Part shown: one piece after another, positions 51,001-61,469 of the stretch
Layout: every line of letters starts with the position of its first letter
How positions within the stretch are numbered: the stretch's first letter is position 1
Source: Felis catus
Taxonomy: Eukaryota
Assembly (NCBI RefSeq): GCF_018350175.1
Contig: NC_058368.1
Span: 124,126,001-124,190,000 of the forward strand
DNA length: 64,000 bases
Direction of reading: 5' to 3'
The notes under the pieces: model-generated
Databases searched by the model: none
The model's input: only the letters and a program-made list of their open reading frames with translations
What the model was told of the DNA's origin: nothing
Program-made: the position numbers and the translations under genes

Positions 51001-54000
51001 ATGCAGGGCTCAAACTCAGGAAACAGTGAGATCATGACCTGAGCTGAAACCATGAGTCAGATGTTTAACTGAGTGAGCCACCCAAGTGCCCCTATTGTTT
51101 TTTTAAATGATAGGTTAATGAGGGCCAAACAGCCTATTTCATAAATAAAGCTCACAAAATTTTATGGCAGATATGTCTTTGCTTAGAGCTCTTCTTTCAG
51201 CAATCATATTATTCATAATTGCATTCTAACGGTTATCCTTCTTTACTAAATAAAACACATAAAAGCTGAGTGTTTTGTCTTTAAAGTTGTTCTCTTCAAA
51301 GCCACATAAAAAGTTGTACCTTAAAATGCAGAGCAATCTACCACTTTGGAGCTCTACGGTATCATTAGAACTTCCAGTTAAAAGATGTAAGGAAATCTGA
51401 ATTCTAGTTCTGCTTCCCCTATTCAACAACTTTAAGAGGTTAACAAATCATTCATATGCTATAGGAAAATATCTTCTCACTGAAGGATGAGGAAATTAAA
51501 TCAGGTAAAGAACCATTCAACTAATTACCAGCAGCAATCAGATTATCTTAGATTTGTCTACTTTACAGTTTTGTTAGTGCTCCTTTGATGATCAAAACAC
51601 TGAACCATAAACAGAAGATACTATTAACTCTGCTTTGTCCATAAACAGATCCTGTAGTTCATTCAGTGAGATTAAATGTGACTTGATGAGAGTCACACAT
51701 CGAGAAAACTGTATGTAACTTTTAACTATCATAAACTGAAACTCTTCAATAGACCACAATATCTGTAAAACAGACAAAAATATGTAAAAATCTGTCTGAA
51801 GAGTTACACAAAGGATTTCAACTTAAGTCTTTTCTAGCTAGGAATACCTCTTAGAAAGGTGCGGTGTACAGTGCCATCTTCTTGTTGCCAGTCTGGGATG
51901 CACGGCGATTTATCTGATAATACACACCACTCAAGTATATACTTGTTTACAGATTCATTTGGAGCAGTCCATTCTACCCAAAGCATATTATCTTTGGGAA
52001 ATGCTTTAAGATCCGTGACCGGGCGAGTAGCTTTAAAACAAAATTTGAAAACTGGTGTGATAAATGAACATTAAAAAATTTCAAATTTTGATGTTTTACA
52101 TTTCCAAACTTGCTATCAGTTTTTGTAGTATATAATATTAATATGTATTTCTATTAACAAAAACACTTTATTATAATTTACAAATAGACAGTAAATTTAT
52201 TTTGAAACTAAAATTCTTCCTTTCCCCAAATTCTTCAAATGTTTTGTGTATGTAAATGGAAATATTTTCTTCTTTGAAAGCCATAAACAATATATTTAAG
52301 TCATATTCATATATGGCTCCCAAAGCTTTTAAATAATATTTAAGAAAACGAGATAATTAGAAAATGAGTAAATAAATAAGTAGTTTACTTCAAAGTTTAA
52401 GTGAGCCACATGATAATGGAATGAATTATTTCATTGCTGACTGATTTCTAAAACTATTATAATCGATACTGAAGAGGCAGTCTCAGAATAATTATGTATT
52501 AGGTATTAGAATATGTATTATGTGTATGTATTATGAACCACTTTCCCATCTCACAGATACAAACCTTGAAAGTTATAGGCAGGGATAGTTAAAACAGCTG
52601 CATCTGATTTGCCAACCAGATTTCTTGCTGTCAGAGTTGCTATGTAACGATCATTTGTGAGGTTTACTGTCCATTTTGTGTCATTCACTGTATAATTCTG
52701 TAAACGTGATTTCCATCTTATGAGAGTCACTTCATAATCCAAAATTTTTCCATTGGCTTCAAAAGGAGGCAACGTCTATAATAAAATAATTTTAAAAATG
52801 TATTTAACAAATCTTTAATCATTTTTTTTCATGTTCACAAATTCTGCTGTTACGTCAAACCTCCATGTTTAACTGAAAGGCACTGGCAACCTCATTTTCA
52901 ACTCACAACCTTAAGTAAAACTACTATATAGTGAATGAAGAGTAAACACATGACTTTGACTAACAGGGAAAGTAAAGTAGCACCATTCTGTTAGCTTTTA
53001 GTTCTGTAAACTATTGTACACTGTGACTATCTGGCCCTAAATCATCTTATGCTGGAGTACTTTTCTCTCTACCATTTCTTAGTATGGTACACCTTAACAC
53101 TTATGGACTTGACAGTCATTGTGTAATTCCTATTATTGGCATACAGTTTGATTACCCAAAACCTTTATTAACTATTTTCTATGAGGCACTCAGGAAAGTT
53201 CAAGGACAGACAGGATCCTTCTTACAAACTTTCATAGAACTGTGAAGTATCTGTGAACTGCAGTTCATGATCCTTTTATGTAGTATATATAAAACTCTGT
53301 TTCTATTAAACGCTTTGCTGATATTAAGATGAATAAAAATGTAAGTTAAAAAAACTACACTCATAATGCCATAAAAATGTACTATGTAAGCAATAAAAGA
53401 ATATAAACATGCATTTTTTTTCTTTACCTTCCATATGAGTTGCACAGATCTATAGCCGTGAGTATGGGATGGCTCTATCTTATACCAGAAACTTGGTGCC
53501 TTGGATGGTCCTAAAGAAATGATATAAACTTATTAAAATAAAAGTTTTTATCATAGCAGTAAAATATAATCCTGGAAATTATTCTCTTATTCTCTTACTT
53601 TGTTCTTATTCTTGCCATTCAATCACATGATGTATCTTTTTTTACATGTTTATGTATTTTGAGAGAGAGAAGAGAGACAAAGGGAGAATGGGGGAGGGGC
53701 AGAGAGAGTGGGAGAGAAAATCCCAAGCAGGTCCTGTGTGGTTAGCATGGAGCCGGATGCAGGGCTTGAACCCATGAACCATGAGATCACGACCTGAGCT
53801 GAAATCAAGAGTCAGAAGCTCAACCGACAGCTCCACCCAGGAACCCCTAAACTAGCATTTTTCCCATTGCAGCACACCATGCCTGGGTCTTCCTTTATAG
53901 AGGAAGATAGCTTGATGATATAGATTAGAATGCTTTTTTTATGTTAAAATTGTAAAGCTACAAATATATCCTAAGGTATACGAAAAATGCATCACCATTT

Positions 54001-57000
54001 CTTACTGCTAAAAATTAAACTGAAAAACCGTATTTAAATATACACTTAAAACCCCTAAATGTGGGGCACCTGGGTGCCTCAGTCGGTTGAGACTCTGACT
54101 TCAACTCAGGTCATGGGTTTAAGCCTCATGCTGGGCTTTTCATAGACAGCACAAGTCTTTGGATTCTTTGTCTCCCTCTCTGCACCCTCCCCCCACCAAT
54201 CACATTCTCTCCCTCTCTCTCTCTCAAAAATAAATACACATTAAGAAAAAAAAACCCTAAATGTACATATATGAGAATACAAAAAATAATAAATTGAATA
54301 AATATGGGCTAAGTTTATTATCTTACGGTGGGATGACTGTTAACAGGGTATAATAAAAATGAATTCATAGTACTGTTGTGATAATCACCAAACATGTGAA
54401 AAATGAAAAAGCACTTTACAGGATCAGGGCGCGTGGGTGGCTCAGTCGTTTGAGCACCTCATTCTTGATTTCGGCTCAGGTCATGATCTCACAGGTTCAT
54501 GAGATCAAGTCCAACGTCTGGCTCTGTGCTGACAGTACGGAGGCTGCTAGGGATTCTCTCCCTCCCTCTCTCACTACCCCTCCCCTGCTTATATGTGCAT
54601 GTGTGTGCTCTACCTCAAAATAAATAAATAAACTTATAAAACCAATTATCAAATGCCAGTAATTAGGTTTTCAAAATTCCTATAGGATCAACTGATTTTT
54701 CAAAAAAGGATCTGAGTAACATCTAAACTGTGATGTGCTCATTATAAAGAGGTAATTACAGAGGAAAGACAGACAAGGGAGGCTGGGGAAAAGACTGCCA
54801 GTATAAAGGGTTCAAATAGGTATACACGCATCAGTATACAAGAAATTATAAAAAAATGTTATAGGCCAGAAAGATTTCCTAACATGAAAAGAACCTGGAG
54901 GCATCATTCATTAAGTTGAAGAAATGCTTATCTAAATGGCTCATAATTTTCTGGGTATCTGTTTGATTTGACAAAGGTTATGTACCATCTCCCCAGAAAA
55001 TGCACACAGGCACTAACTACAATATTTTGTCCACATTTTAAAGTAGTTCAGCAACCCCTGCCCCCCAAACTGACCCAACCAGTTTTCAAGACCTCTATGA
55101 TGCCAGTTTAAGAATTCCTGGGGGCACCTGGGTGGCTCAGTTGGTTAAGTATCTGACTCTCGGTTTCGGCTCAGGTAATGATCTCACGGTTTTGTGAGTT
55201 CGGGCCCCACATTGGGCTCTGTGCTGACAGTGTGGAGTCTGCTTGGGATTCTCTCTCTGCCTCTCCCCCACTTGCGCTGTCTCTGTCTCTCTCTAAATAA
55301 ATAAATAAACTTAAATTAAAAAAAAAAAAAAAAGAATTCCCAGCCAAGACAAAGGAATCTGGTTGAGGACCCAACTCAGGACCCAATTCAGCAACAGCAG
55401 GATTGCTTTCTTTCATGTCATTTATGAGAATAAGAGAAAATTCTTAGTGGAGAGGGGTAGTTTACTATTCTGCCTTTTGAGATTGTCACTTCACATATCT
55501 AAACTGCTAGTAGAGCTGGAATTGAAGGGATATAGGTGGTAAAGAAGGTTTTAAAGCCATAGTTGTTGCTATTGACATCTAAAGGGTGAAACTAGAATGA
55601 AAAATGTTCAGAAAGAAAAATCTCTATGCCACAGGACTACTTCTTGATTGCTATACAATAAATAAGTAATGTTAGGTGTTTTGGGGAGGGGATCTTACCT
55701 TATAACATACACCCTTTTATAACTTTTGGATTGTGCATTATATGCCCTATATGATCGTGGAGAGGAAAAAGGGAAAATGATAATAAACTAACCAACCTAA
55801 ACTTTAGGATCCTTTTCTAGGGGTTTATTAAGTGATGGTAGGGAAAAAAATGAATAAAAATATAGTACAAATATATTTCTGATGGTGAGAGTCTATGGTA
55901 TATTTTGTTAACATTATTTTAATGACTCAGGATATGATTCTCTAGTTAGGGATACTGTGAAACATTCCCTTTTAATAAAATGTTTTGGATTTAACTGTTA
56001 TGTCAATGGTTTTCTCAAGGTATCTAAAAAAAATTCCATGGTAATCTTCTTTCATTAGTAATCAAATAGAGTTATACAATCAATAATGCACATTTTATAT
56101 CTTTATGTCCTTAAGAATAAAAGTGTAAAATATAAGTTTGAACAGAATGATCACAAAGTAAGAAGCAATGAGGTTTATACTATTAAGACCTGACACAAGT
56201 CATAGCCATAATTCCAAACCTTTACTTCTTCATGGATCTTAATTACTTACTGTCTTCATATGTGATCCCACTGGCTTCTTCACTCCAGTCACTCCAGAAT
56301 CCTTTACCATCTTCCTTCATACAACGAATCCTAAACACATATTCTGTGAAAGGCTTAAGGTCCTGGACAGTGAAAGAAGTTCTACTGGATGCTGTATCTT
56401 CAGGAGGAATCTGAAATCAAAGCAAACCAACCAACAAAAAAAAACCCATGGAATTTATTATAAGTGTCCTAAATTCCATGAAGATCTTAGAAATTGATTT
56501 AATAAAAGAGAACTAACAAACAAACGCTGAAAAGAAATAAATGCAAGTCAAAAAGCAGTCAGAGTCAGTAAGTTAACAGATTTGGGAAGTATGGAACTAT
56601 CTATTATTAATCCTTCCTTCCTTTTCTTGATTTTTATATCTTCCTTCCATGAAGCCTGTAACACATAGGGTCTCAGCAGGAAAGAGATGGCGTATTCCAA
56701 TTAGACTTTAATTCAAGAAGGGTTTACTAAAGGAAATATGGGTAGAGTGTAGGGAAAACTTAGGCAGTGGTCAGTACTCTGGGGCTTGTCACTGTTACCA
56801 CCCCTAGCCCCAAAGGGACGAGGGGAAGTAGCAGAAACTGGGAGAGGAGGGTGAGACAGGGTTAACTTGACAGGACCAGTGACCTTAGGCTGAGAGACAG
56901 CAGCTCCAGGGAGGAAGCAGGGAAAATAAATATGCTCACTTCACTTCACTTCTCTCCTCTCTTGTGCTAGGCCCTCTTCCCCCTCCTCCCATTAATCACA

Positions 57001-59000
57001 TTCACTAGGAAACCAGAGACAATGTGAACCCACAGATGAAATTCATACAGGTCAGCATTCCAAGACAAAGAGTAGGGTAGAGAAGAACAGAGTGTAACTC
57101 TGGATAGGCAAAATGAACCCCAATCAAGAAAAATAAAAACTATCATTGCATTTAAACTTCGTTTTCAGGAAACGAGAGAATAAAGATAAATGATTCTTTC
57201 TACTACTATGGGATTCCAATATTGAATACAAAAATAGGGGCCTTTTTTTCTATCAGTGAATTAAGATTCTATGTTATTAAAAATATTTTGAAGTTTAGGT
57301 ATGTATCCTCTCTGTACAACATGAAGCATTAATCCATTTTTGTTTGTTGCTTTTTCTGGTTTTATTTTGAGCCCTTTAAGTGGAATGGAGAGCAGAAGTA
57401 GTAAGGTCATGGGCTCAAATCCCTTATGAACTCATTACTGCAATAAGAGAAAGCAAAAGCATACTGTTAGTGATAAATGAAATTACAACAAAGAATATTA
57501 TGGGGAACACAAAGCTATGGTGACAGACATCCTTTTAAAAAGTTCTAAGTACTTCTTTTGGTGATAGCATCATCTCTGGGTACACTATTCTTTTCCTTTT
57601 CAGGCTTAGAAGTTCCCCAATAATTCCTTCCTTTACTGAGAGGTTGACAAGCTTTCTAAAAAGGACTAGATAGTAAATATTTTAGGTTGTGGGCCAGATA
57701 CTCTCTGTTCCAACTCAACTCGTCCACTGTGGCATAAAGTAGCCAAAGACAATATTAAAAAAAATGAGTGTGGCTTTGTTTATAAGAACAGATGGCAGGA
57801 TGAAATTGGTCTCCAGATTTAGTTAAACCCTGCTCTCTACCTTTGCTATATAATCTCTTCATATACTCCCCCACTTAATTCTTATTTTTTGTGTTCCTTT
57901 CACCTCCCACCAAAAATACTATTTCTTGCCACCCTACATCCCTTCCATACTTCATTTAAAGGCTACTGTACTCAGCAAGACTATATTTTCTATCCGAATG
58001 TCTTCCTGTTTGCCCTTGCATGAAATACAGATCAAGAAGAGGTGTGAAACAAAATATTACATATATTCACAACCTTAGTATATTGAGACTTTTAGGTTCG
58101 AGGGTTCTAAGACTATCTGTATAAACAGTAACTTGCAAGTTACCTGGCTCCAGGTTGAGGCATCTCTGGTCCTATATTGAATGTTATATTTCAGTCTTAT
58201 AAAACTCTGAATACTTGAGTTGATCCATGTCAATTTTAAGATACTAGACAGTTCCTCTGAGTTGCTGACTGATAAATTATGTGGTGGATTGGGCTTCACT
58301 GAAGAATAAAATAAATCCGAATTTTTATCATTTTTACAACTTCTTATACAGACTCAAAATATACTTCTTATATTTCACTATATTGATTTACTCATACCAT
58401 ATGAACTAATTTTTCTGAAAACAGTACTTATGTCATACTATTATAATGAAAAGATAACGTTTCTGAAGAAATTTTAGTTTTCTTTGTCAATTTATTATGC
58501 TTGTTAATTTTTTCAGGTTCCAATATCAAAAGACAAATATTTATAGGCAAAGAAAAACACAATAAAAATGGACCCCACGTACCATGATTACTATGCTATA
58601 AATACTGTTTGGTAACTGCACAAATACCAGCAGATAACATTCAAAATAAAAACTGCTATGAGCGCAGTTGGATTATGGATATTTTTCTTTTTCCAAATTA
58701 TTTTTAATGTTGATAAAATGAATTTGTAAAAGTCACTAAGATAATAAGTGGCTGTTTCTACATTAAAATTGAAAAACTAATTAATAAGCCATTAAATCTA
58801 AAAAATTCTCATCAAATTCAGTGTTATAACTACCTTTATCTACAGGATCAAAATTTATATGATCTGATGTAACCTTCCCAAGGGCATTCTCTGCTTCTAC
58901 CCAGACTTCAATGTTGACAAAATACACAGGAGAATAATCAACAGTGCATGAGGTGGGGGTGTCACGTTTTGTTTTACAATCAGCAAACTTCTCCGTTGCC
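40768..59000 (-). CDS. IL6ST: Interleukin-6 receptor subunit beta (gp130), exons 6-17: complement(join(40768..41505,42157..42238,45691..45787,48645..48785,49098..49244,49427..49528,51848..52030,52565..52775,53428..53510,56251..56410,58144..58298,58834..59000))
   Basis: The translation contains WSDWS, the TM segment IVVPVCLAFLLTTLLGVLFCF, Box1 IWPNVPDP, QYSTV, YRHQ/YFKQ/YLPQ/YMPQ and STQPLL. All introns are GT-AG and in phase. The 5' exons lie beyond the window. Confidence 0.98.
42157..42238 (-). CDS. IL6ST: IL6ST Box1 exon 16 (82 nt)
   Basis: IKKHIWPNVPDPSKSHIAQWSPHTPPR; donor AGG|GTAAGA. Confidence 0.96.
42838..43037 (-). mobile_element. Can-SINE
   Basis: Degenerate TSD AAGAAATTGAGTT/AAGAAACTGAATT. 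Confidence 0.9.
43040..45650 (+). mobile_element. Old degenerate L1 (ORF2 to 3'UTR) in IL6ST intron 15, with a Can-SINE at about 43928-44115(+)
   Basis: L1-like motifs (ATGATCATCTCAACAGAT, AAAATGGGCAAAGGAT, ACCCAGCAATACCA), ending in CTCAATAAA at about 45645. Confidence 0.8.
45691..45787 (-). CDS. IL6ST: IL6ST transmembrane exon 15 (97 nt)
   Basis: AQGEIEAIVVPVCLAFLLTTLLGVLFCFNKRDL; donor CT|GTAAGT. Confidence 0.96.
48043..48076. repeat. (AC)n microsatellite
   Basis: Direct. Confidence 0.95.
48645..48785 (-). CDS. IL6ST: IL6ST exon 14 (141 nt)
   Basis: AVNVDSSHTEYTLSSLTSDTLYMVRMAAYTDEGGKDGPEFTFTTPKF; donor G|GTAAGA. Confidence 0.95.
49098..49244 (-). CDS. IL6ST: IL6ST exon 13 (147 nt)
   Basis: PPSKGPTVRTKKVGKNEAVLEWDQLPVDVQNGFIRNYTIFYRTIIGNET; donor G|GTAATA. 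Confidence 0.95.
49427..49528 (-). CDS. IL6ST: IL6ST exon 12 (102 nt)
   Basis: GNLAESKCYLITVTPVYTDGPGSPESIKAYLKQA; donor C|GTAAGT. Confidence 0.95.
49980..50415 (-). mobile_element. Young 5'-truncated L1_Fc-like 3' end, sense to IL6ST, in intron 11
   Basis: MEYYVAMRKNEIWPFVATWMELESVMLS peptide; TSD AGAAAGTA(G/A)TATTA at 49966 and 50416; AATAAA(-) at 50004-50009. Confidence 0.92.
50880..51093 (-). mobile_element. Can-SINE
   Basis: Reverse head and T-tail. Confidence 0.9.
51848..52030 (-). CDS. IL6ST: IL6ST exon 11 (183 nt)
   Basis: ATRPVTDLKAFPKDNMLWVEWTAPNESVNKYILEWCVLSDKSPCIPDWQQEDGTVHRTFLR; TTTAAAG| and G|GTATTC. Confidence 0.94.
52565..52775 (-). CDS. IL6ST: IL6ST exon 10 (211 nt)
   Basis: TLPPFEANGKILDYEVTL...DAAVLTIPAYNFQ; TATAG| and G|GTTTGT. 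Confidence 0.95.
53428..53510 (-). CDS. IL6ST: IL6ST exon 9 (83 nt)
   Basis: RPSKAPSFWYKIEPSHTHGYRSVQLIWK; TTTAG| and AAG|GTAAAG. Confidence 0.95.
53637..55333. mobile_element. Four Can-SINEs in IL6ST intron 8: about 53637-53847(-), 54063-54254(+), 54427-54640(+), 55120-55333(+)
   Basis: SINE heads and tails; TSD-like AAACCCTAAATGT and AAGAATTCC flanks. Confidence 0.88.
56251..56410 (-). CDS. IL6ST: IL6ST exon 8 (160 nt) with WSXWS motif
   Basis: IPPEDTASSRTSFTVQDLKPFTEYVFRIRCMKEDGKGFWSDWSEEASGITYED; donor A|GTAAGT. Confidence 0.96.
57640..57835. mobile_element. MER58-like hAT MITE remnant
   Basis: AGATAGTAAATATTTTAGG...GCCAAAGACAATA...ATGAGTGTGGCT. Confidence 0.7.
58144..58298 (-). CDS. 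IL6ST: IL6ST exon 7 (155 nt)
   Basis: VKPNPPHNLSVSNSEELSSILKLTW...DASTWSQ; TTCAG| and CAG|GTAACT. Confidence 0.95.
58834..59000 (-). CDS. IL6ST: IL6ST exon 6 (167 nt)
   Basis: ATEKFADCKTKRDTPTSCTVDYSPVYFVNIEVWVEAENALGKVTSDHINFDPVDK; TTTAG| and G|GTAGTT. Confidence 0.95.
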
Positions 59001-59542
59001 CTAAATACAAAAATGGAAGAACTGGTCATTAAAAATAGATTTCAAAACATTAGAGTGAAAAATGTTATTTGATGAGACCCAGATTATTACTGCTTAAAAT
59101 AAATGAATTATAAGTATGAAATAAATTGTTGATCATTAAAAACAAATAAATTTTCTCTAAAACTTGAGTTTGATTTATACCTTACAACACAAAATTATTT
59201 TCAAATTTTTACTCCAAGGACATTACATTTATAATACCATGCTCTATCTTCAGTGACCTGTCTCTAAAAATCTATTTCTTGTAATCTTACTACCGTTTCT
59301 TTCCATTTCTGAAACAGGATCCTTACTGTACCTGTGATGTCTTTCTTCAAGCACAGTATGCCTTTTCTAAGCACAGTATGTTATGAGGTGACAGGAGGAT
59401 AGGGATAAGAATTTCTGTCACCCCAGAAAATTCCCTTAGCCTCTTTACAGTCAAACCCAGGCAACCACTTTCTAATTTTTATCACCAAAGTTTAAATGAT
59501 ACTATAATATTTACTCACCTATGTTTAAGTTATACATCAATT

Positions 59543-59544
<2 letters not shown>

Positions 59545-59588
<44 letters not shown>
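59545..59588. repeat. (AC)n microsatellite followed by poly(T)
   Basis: Direct. Confidence 0.95.
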
Positions 59589-59590
<2 letters not shown>

Positions 59591-61469
59591 TTTTTTTTTT
59601 TAAATAGAAGGGTAAGTGAAATCCAAAACAAAACAGGTAACTTCTATGAATTACTGAGGTATACCTCCAACAGGATACTGTATATTATGTCAGTTAAAAA
59701 AATTCCTAAAAATCAAAAGCAAAATGAAATACATGAACTATGATGTTCAGTTGGTGCTATAACACAGAGAAAATTATTTTAAGTAACTTTAAGACAGCAA
59801 TTTAACTATATCCTTAATGAAAGAAAAATAATCTTATAATGCTTAGTATTCCTATTGGTGCTAATACTGGCATTGTTATTCTGCAGCTCTTGTGTTTACT
59901 GTGAGTTAAAGCAAATGAATAATTATATTGGTGGTGTTGGAAACTAAGGTTTTCAGCAGCGAAGAAAGGAGATGTAGATGTCAGATGAATGAAATTAAGT
60001 AAAAACAGTCCAGATTTTAAATCGGAAACATTGGTATTAGTTCATGATGTATTTTACCTTAAAGACACTTCCCAGTTCTTTCTGCCAAAAAAGCCAAGAA
60101 ACAACAACCCAGTACCAGTAAGTTCCCCTAGCACCCAGACTGTAGTCCCGAAATGGTATTTCCCACTAAATGGAAACATGGCTACTTGGGAAATGGCTGA
60201 TTCTAGGTCTGAGGCATGACATATGAACTTAGAAAATGAACTTGGAAAATCACATCATATCAGAAATGAAGAAAGCTGTCAAAGACTAATGAGTAAAGTC
60301 AAAGGAAGAGCCAACCTGAGGAAGTTCCTCTGAACCAAAATGGGACAATGTGAGTACCAAGAAAAATGGTAATGGACCGAAACACATCAAATATATTTAA
60401 ATATGAATTCATAATGAAGGGATAAACCCTTCATTATTTACCTTTGGAGGATGCCAGGGAACTAAGTCATCATAAAACTAGTTGTAAAGGGAAAAATACC
60501 AATACCATTTTCCTTCTAAGAACTGTGTACCTAAGGGTAACCAATGATTGATCAAAGGAAGTTTTGAGTATATCCACTTTAAAAAAAAGATGGAATACCA
60601 CTATTTTGTACCTCATGTACAAATAATGATCACTGATGATGGCTCAAACCTTTAAGTGAAACACTAACGGGAAGCAACATGGTTTAATTCCCAAAATATC
60701 CTGCTGAGTCATAAAAACCATTCACAGAAGAGTACATACTGTATGATTACATGACATTCAGAACAAGCAAAAATCTACAGTGAAGAAAATCTGACAGGTA
60801 GCTGCCCTGTGGGATGGGGTGAGAGACGGTGGTGGCTAGGACTGACTGGGAAGGAGCATAAGTGAACTTTCTGGGGGTATGATGATGTTTTAAATCTTGG
60901 TATGAGTCTGAGTTACATAGCTGTATGTAGTAGCCAAAACTCACTGACTAACAATAAAGTATGTATTTTTAAGATGCACATATGAAAACACAAAAGCTAT
61001 GGGTGACTGTCTAGTTAATTACATTTAATTAATGATGTAAACACTGAAGCGTGTAAGGGTGAAGTATACTAATTTCTGCAACTCACTTTGAAATGCATTA
61101 AAAAAGGTGAAAAGAAGGATGCATAGATACACATCTGTGTGATAAAACAAATACAGTAAAATGCTAACTGCAGGATCTAGGTGATGGGTCTGGTATAAAT
61201 GTTCACTGCAAAGTTCTTCCAGCTTTGATAAAAACTGCTGTCAAGAACAGTTTGTTTATAATCAATTTTTACTTGTGTCTGCAGTGTGTGTCAGTCATGT
61301 CAAAGCCAGGTCCAGTACACAAAACCTGTCTTTGCAAAAAAAAAAAAAAATAATAAAGAAAAAGAAAAAGAAAAAAAGAATGGGAAATTTTATAATCAAT
61401 GGATTGAGCTGACAACACACCTGAAACCACTGTTCAATCTTGGTATCAGAAAAGCAAAAATCCTCAACC

